Part shown: piece by piece, positions 60,093 to 64,000 of the stretch
How positions within the stretch are numbered: position 1 is the stretch's first letter
How the letters are laid out: every line of letters starts with the position of its first letter
Assembly (NCBI GenBank): GCA_963796055.1
Contig: CAWCKH010000003.1
Coordinates: forward strand, 512,001 to 576,000
Direction of reading: 5' to 3'
Length of the DNA stretch: 64,000 nucleotides
Origin: an uncultured delta proteobacterium
Lineage (GTDB): Bacteria; Myxococcota; Myxococcia; Myxococcales; Myxococcaceae
Program-made: the position numbers and the translations under genes
The notes under the pieces: model-generated
Told to the model about the DNA's origin: nothing
The model's input: the letters and a program-made list of their open reading frames with translations, nothing else
Databases searched by the model: none

Positions 60093-61064
60093 CTACCACC
60101 TCCCGGCGATGCTGATGCCCATCATCCCCGGGCCGATGGCCGGGGTGACGACGGTGGGCGTCTGTCCCTTCGCCACCGCGACGTGCAGCGCGGGAATGGC
60201 CCACCCGATGGTTCCGCCGAGCACCGCGCCGGCGATCACGTCGGTGGCCCAGTGGCGGTCGGCCATGATCCGCAGAACGCCGGTGAGGGTGGCCACCCCG
60301 ACCGTGGCCGGACAGGCCACGGCGCCCCATCCGGTGTGCGTGGTGTCGAGGTAACCGTGGTGGAAGCACTCCAGCGCCACCGCGGCGAAGACCAGCGTGG
60401 TGTGGCCGCTGGGGAACGACTGGTACTTGCTCCCGGTCTGGCAATCCTGGAGGTTGGGGTTGGTGACGCACTCCTGGACGAAGGGCCGCTCCCGGGCGGT
60501 GAGGTGCTGGAGCGAAAGGGCGGCGAAGGTGGCGGTGAGCAGCGTCTCGGCGTCCAGCACCATCAATCGCCAGGCGATGTCCCACCGCTCGTGCTCCACG
60601 CCGGCCACCAGGGTGGCGTTGATCAGCGGGAAGGCCGAGAGGGCAAAGGCGCCGACGTCGCTGAGGGTCGACGCCGTCGCCCGGCCGTTCTCGCTGGAGA
60701 GGCGGAGCCCGCCACGCACCCAGTCGTCGAAGCCATTCCCGGCCCACTTGGGTTCCGTGGGAGCGGACACGCCGAACTGGACGACGCTCAGCGCGCCGAC
60801 CAGTCCCCCGGTGGCCACGATGTCCCAGACCCCGACGGTGGGCAGTCCGTGCGCGGGCCAGGGCGGTGAAGCCAGGCTCGGGAGAGCGGCGGTGGCACCC
60901 GGAGGGGCGGCGTTCCCGGGAGCGGGCGGAACCGCCGGGGCGGGGACGACGGTCTCCGGGGCGGCGGCCGGAGGCGGAGGCTGCGGCGCCGTTTCGCCCG
61001 ACGACCGGGGCACGGCCGAGGCCTGGGCCATCACCGCGGCGACCACCACCGCCAGCGCATTCAT
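60093..61064 (-). CDS. PAP2-family phosphatase with signal peptide
   Basis: ARERP, SFPSGHT, RIMADRHWATDV. Confidence 0.88.
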   Translation of the reverse strand: MNALAVVVAAVMAQASAVPRSSGETAPQPPPPAAAPETVVPAPAVPPAPGNAAPPGATAALPSLASPPWPAHGLPTVGVWDIVATGGLVGALSVVQFGVSAPTEPKWAGNGFDDWVRGGLRLSSENGRATASTLSDVGAFALSAFPLINATLVAGVEHERWDIAWRLMVLDAETLLTATFAALSLQHLTARERPFVQECVTNPNLQDCQTGSKYQSFPSGHTTLVFAAVALECFHHGYLDTTHTGWGAVACPATVGVATLTGVLRIMADRHWATDVIAGAVLGGTIGWAIPALHVAVAKGQTPTVVTPAIGPGMMGISIAGRW

Positions 61065-61201
61065 CACGCGGGTCTTACCAGAACCGCCACCACGGCTTTC
61101 CCGGACTCGGGGCGGCGGCGGGCGCGGGAATCGCATCGCCAACGAATGACGAGGATCGAGCCAGGGCCTCGTGGCGGGACGTGCCCTCCCCGACGCCTCC
61201 G

Positions 61202-61217
61202 TGGCACGCCATCTGCC
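61202..61217 (+). promoter_or_regulatory. Putative sigma-54 promoter
   Basis: TGGCACGCCATCTGC (GG-N10-GC) upstream of urtA. Confidence 0.4.
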
Positions 61218-61553
61218 CCGTCCTCCATGCGAGTTGCAGGGCCGGGCAGACATCCGGGTCGCCACGGCACGGGCTCGAGGCTGTGACAAATTCGTTACCT
61301 GCCCGACCGATCCGACAAATCTGTCTGGCGGAGTGCGTCACGACCTCCAACTGGCCGCGGGATACCCGACCGTCAAGTTTCCGACCGGTCGGCAGGTGCG
61401 GACACTTTCGTTCCCTTTCGACTCGATTCCTACCTTTTCGTCTGATGGTCGGAATGTCAGCCCACCGCGCTCCTCAGGGCGGCGCGGCACGCTGTGCGTG
61501 GTCCAGCGCTTGCAGCCTCCGCTGTCGGCCCGCATGGGCCTAAGGAGATCGGA

Positions 61554-62795
61554 ATGACCAAAAGGGGCCTGGGGCTCACGGCATTGGCTTGTGCTCTCAC
61601 CTTCACGGCGTCGAGCGCGCGCGCGGAGGAGACGATCAAGGTCGGAATCCTCCACTCCCTCTCCGGGACGATGGCGATCAGCGAGACGTCGCTGAAGGAC
61701 GTGGCGCTGATGACCATCGACGAGATCAACGCCAAGGGGGGCGTGCTGGGAAAGAAGATCGAGCCGGTGGTGGTGGACCCCGCCTCCAACTGGCCGCTGT
61801 TCGCCGAGAAGGCCCGCCAGCTGCTCACCAAGGACAAGGTGGCCGCGGTCTTCGGGTGCTGGACCTCGGTCTCCCGCAAGTCCGTCCTCCCGGTGTTCGA
61901 GGAGCTGAACGGCCTGCTCTACTACCCGGTGCAGTACGAGGGCGAGGAGCTGAGCAAGAACGTCTTCTACACCGGAGCGGCCCCCAACCAGCAGGCGATC
62001 CCCGCGGTGGAGTACTTGATGTCCAAGGAGGGCGGCGGCGCGAAGCGGTTCTTCCTGCTCGGGACCGACTACGTCTACCCCAGGACCACCAACAAGATTC
62101 TCCGGGCGTTCCTGCACTCCAAGGGAATCACCGACAAGGACATCCAGGAGACGTACACGCCCTTCGGGCACAGCGACTACCAGACCATCGTCGCGCAGAT
62201 CAAAGCGTTCGGCGCAAGCGGGCACGCCGCCGTCGTCTCCACCATCAACGGCGACTCGAACGTCCCCTTCTACAAGGAGCTGGGCAACCAGGGCCTGAAG
62301 GCGACCGACATCCCGGTGGTCGCGTTCTCGGTCGGCGAGGAGGAGCTGCGGGGCATCGACACCAAGCCGCTGGTGGGCCACCTGGCCGCCTGGAATTACT
62401 TCATGTCGGTCAAGAACCCGGTGAACACCGCCTTCATCGCCCAGTGGAAGGCCTACGTGAAGAAGAACAACCTCCCCGGCGGTGACGCGCGCGTCACCAA
62501 CGACCCGATGGAGGCCACCTACGTCGGCATCCACATGTGGGCCCAGGCGGTGAAGAAGGCCGGGACCACCAAGGTGGACGCGGTTCGCGCCGCGATGAGC
62601 GGCCAGACCTTCGCTGCGCCCTCGGGCTTCACCTTGAAGATGGACGAGACCAACCACCACCTGTGGAAGCCGGTGATGATCGGCGAGGTGCAGGGCAACG
62701 GTCAGTTCTCGGTGGTGTGGAAGACCAGCAAGCCCGTCCGGGCGCAGCCCTGGAGCCCGTTCATCCCCGGCAATGAGAAGCGTGCCGAGCGCTGA
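61554..62795 (+). CDS. urtA: Urea ABC transporter substrate-binding protein
   Basis: KVGILHSLSGTMAISE, FGCWTSVSRK, YPVQYEG, GAAPNQQ, DYVYPR. Confidence 0.95.
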   Translation: MTKRGLGLTALACALTFTASSARAEETIKVGILHSLSGTMAISETSLKDVALMTIDEINAKGGVLGKKIEPVVVDPASNWPLFAEKARQLLTKDKVAAVFGCWTSVSRKSVLPVFEELNGLLYYPVQYEGEELSKNVFYTGAAPNQQAIPAVEYLMSKEGGGAKRFFLLGTDYVYPRTTNKILRAFLHSKGITDKDIQETYTPFGHSDYQTIVAQIKAFGASGHAAVVSTINGDSNVPFYKELGNQGLKATDIPVVAFSVGEEELRGIDTKPLVGHLAAWNYFMSVKNPVNTAFIAQWKAYVKKNNLPGGDARVTNDPMEATYVGIHMWAQAVKKAGTTKVDAVRAAMSGQTFAAPSGFTLKMDETNHHLWKPVMIGEVQGNGQFSVVWKTSKPVRAQPWSPFIPGNEKRAER

Positions 62796-64000
62796 GCCGC
62801 GCCGTTTCCTCACTCTGCTGATCCTGCTCACGGCGGTCGCGGCCCGCGCTGGCGAGGCCGCCCCGCCCGAGCCACGTCCGGCCCCGAGCCTCGATGCCGC
62901 CACCCTGGACCGTCTGGTCAAACCGGAGTCTCGCGACGAGACCATCGCTTCCCTGGTGGAAGCGTCCGACGTGCACGCTCTGCCCGTCCTCCGGGCGCTC
63001 CTGGAGGGGAACCTCTACGTCGGCCAGACGGTGCTGGTCGACCAGGAGGGTACGCTCCAGGATGCGCTCACCGGTGCTCCGGCATCGGTCGACCGTGAGC
63101 AGCTGGAGCAGGTGACGATCAACAACCGGCTCCGGCGCAGCCTGGAACGGGCGGTGGCGGCCCTCTCCCTCTTCGAGGGCTCCCCGGCCGACCGACTCGC
63201 CGCCGCGCGGGTGCTCCAAGAGAATCCGGCCCCGGAGGTGCTCCCGGCGGTCCAGAAGGCGCTCGCCGGCGAGAAGGACCCCAGGGTGAAGGAGGCCCTG
63301 AGGGCGACCGCGGCGATGCTCGCCCTGGCCAGCGACGATCCCGCCCAGCGGCTCGCCGCCATCGAGGAGCTCCGGAAGGTCCACGCCAAACGGCAGCTGA
63401 TGCAGCGCCTCGAGGTGGAGCAGGACCCCACGGCGCTCGCCGCGCTCAAGGACGCGATCCGCGACGTGGACCACGCGCTGGAGCGCGCGGCGATGGTCGG
63501 GCTCCTCTTCTCCGGCCTCAGCCTGGGGAGCGTCCTGCTGCTCGCCGCGCTCGGCCTGGCCATCACTTTTGGATTGATGGGCGTCATCAACATGGCCCAC
63601 GGCGAGCTGCTGATGGTTGGCGCCTACGCCACCTGGCTGGTCCAGACGGCATTTCGGGGGTCTCACCACTTCGACTGGTACCTGCTGGCCGCGCTCCCGG
63701 CGTCCTTCCTCGCCGCGGCGCTGGTCGGCGCGCTGCTGGAGATCACCGTGGTGAGGAAGCTCTACGGCCGGCCGCTGGAGACGCTGCTCGCCACCTGGGG
63801 CGCGAGCCTGCTCATCATCCAGGCGGTGCGCGTGGCCTTCGGCGCCCAGAACGTGGAGGTCTCGAACCCCAGCTGGATGTCCGGCGGAGTCGCCCTGCTC
63901 CCGGACCTGGTCCTGCCCTGGAACCGCATCGTGATCCTCCTCTTCTCCGCCACCGTCCTGCTCGGGGTGTGGGCCCTGCTCACCCGGACCCGGCTGGGGC
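62773..64000 (+). CDS. urtB: Urea ABC transporter permease, partial (runs off the window)
   Basis: GLSLGSVLLLAALGLAITFGLMGVINMAHGE, YGRPLETLLATWG. Confidence 0.92.
   Translation, partial: MRSVPSAEPRRFLTLLILLTAVAARAGEAAPPEPRPAPSLDAATLDRLVKPESRDETIASLVEASDVHALPVLRALLEGNLYVGQTVLVDQEGTLQDALTGAPASVDREQLEQVTINNRLRRSLERAVAALSLFEGSPADRLAAARVLQENPAPEVLPAVQKALAGEKDPRVKEALRATAAMLALASDDPAQRLAAIEELRKVHAKRQLMQRLEVEQDPTALAALKDAIRDVDHALERAAMVGLLFSGLSLGSVLLLAALGLAITFGLMGVINMAHGELLMVGAYATWLVQTAFRGSHHFDWYLLAALPASFLAAALVGALLEITVVRKLYGRPLETLLATWGASLLIIQAVRVAFGAQNVEVSNPSWMSGGVALLPDLVLPWNRIVILLFSATVLLGVWALLTRTRLG

Overview
High-GC bacterial DNA with a gene content typical of Myxococcota (inferred from the protein families and the many Ser/Thr kinases). 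From left to right: the 3' end of a sensor kinase; a metallophosphoesterase, a CADD-like oxidase, PadR/FAD-monooxygenase and an MFS gene; a pstSCAB-phoU operon; an envelope cluster (divergent TonB-receptor-like protein, small beta-barrel, LpoB-like and COG3014-like lipoproteins); a DNA end-joining/repair cluster (LigD, Ku, LigC, stand-alone primase-polymerase); two Ser/Thr kinases around a DUF4129-DUF4350-MoxR-DUF58-SpoIIM-RDD operon; tRNA-Arg(CCG) followed by a decayed ~10 kb integrative island (three integrase remnants, kinase/ECF sigma pair, vanadium haloperoxidase-like gene, Phd-RelE TA module, several pseudogenes, and a tRNA-like remnant at the right end); an uncharacterised locus of two NTT/TLC-like nucleotide transporters, a tandem cNMP-binding protein, an Omp85-like barrel and a secreted atypical-kinase lipoprotein, interleaved with PAP2 phosphatases; and the start of an urtAB urea ABC transporter. 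The NTT/Omp85/kinase locus (51178-61064) is my best candidate for an undescribed system. All family calls come from motifs recognised by eye; no searches were run. No CRISPR array or rRNA was seen.
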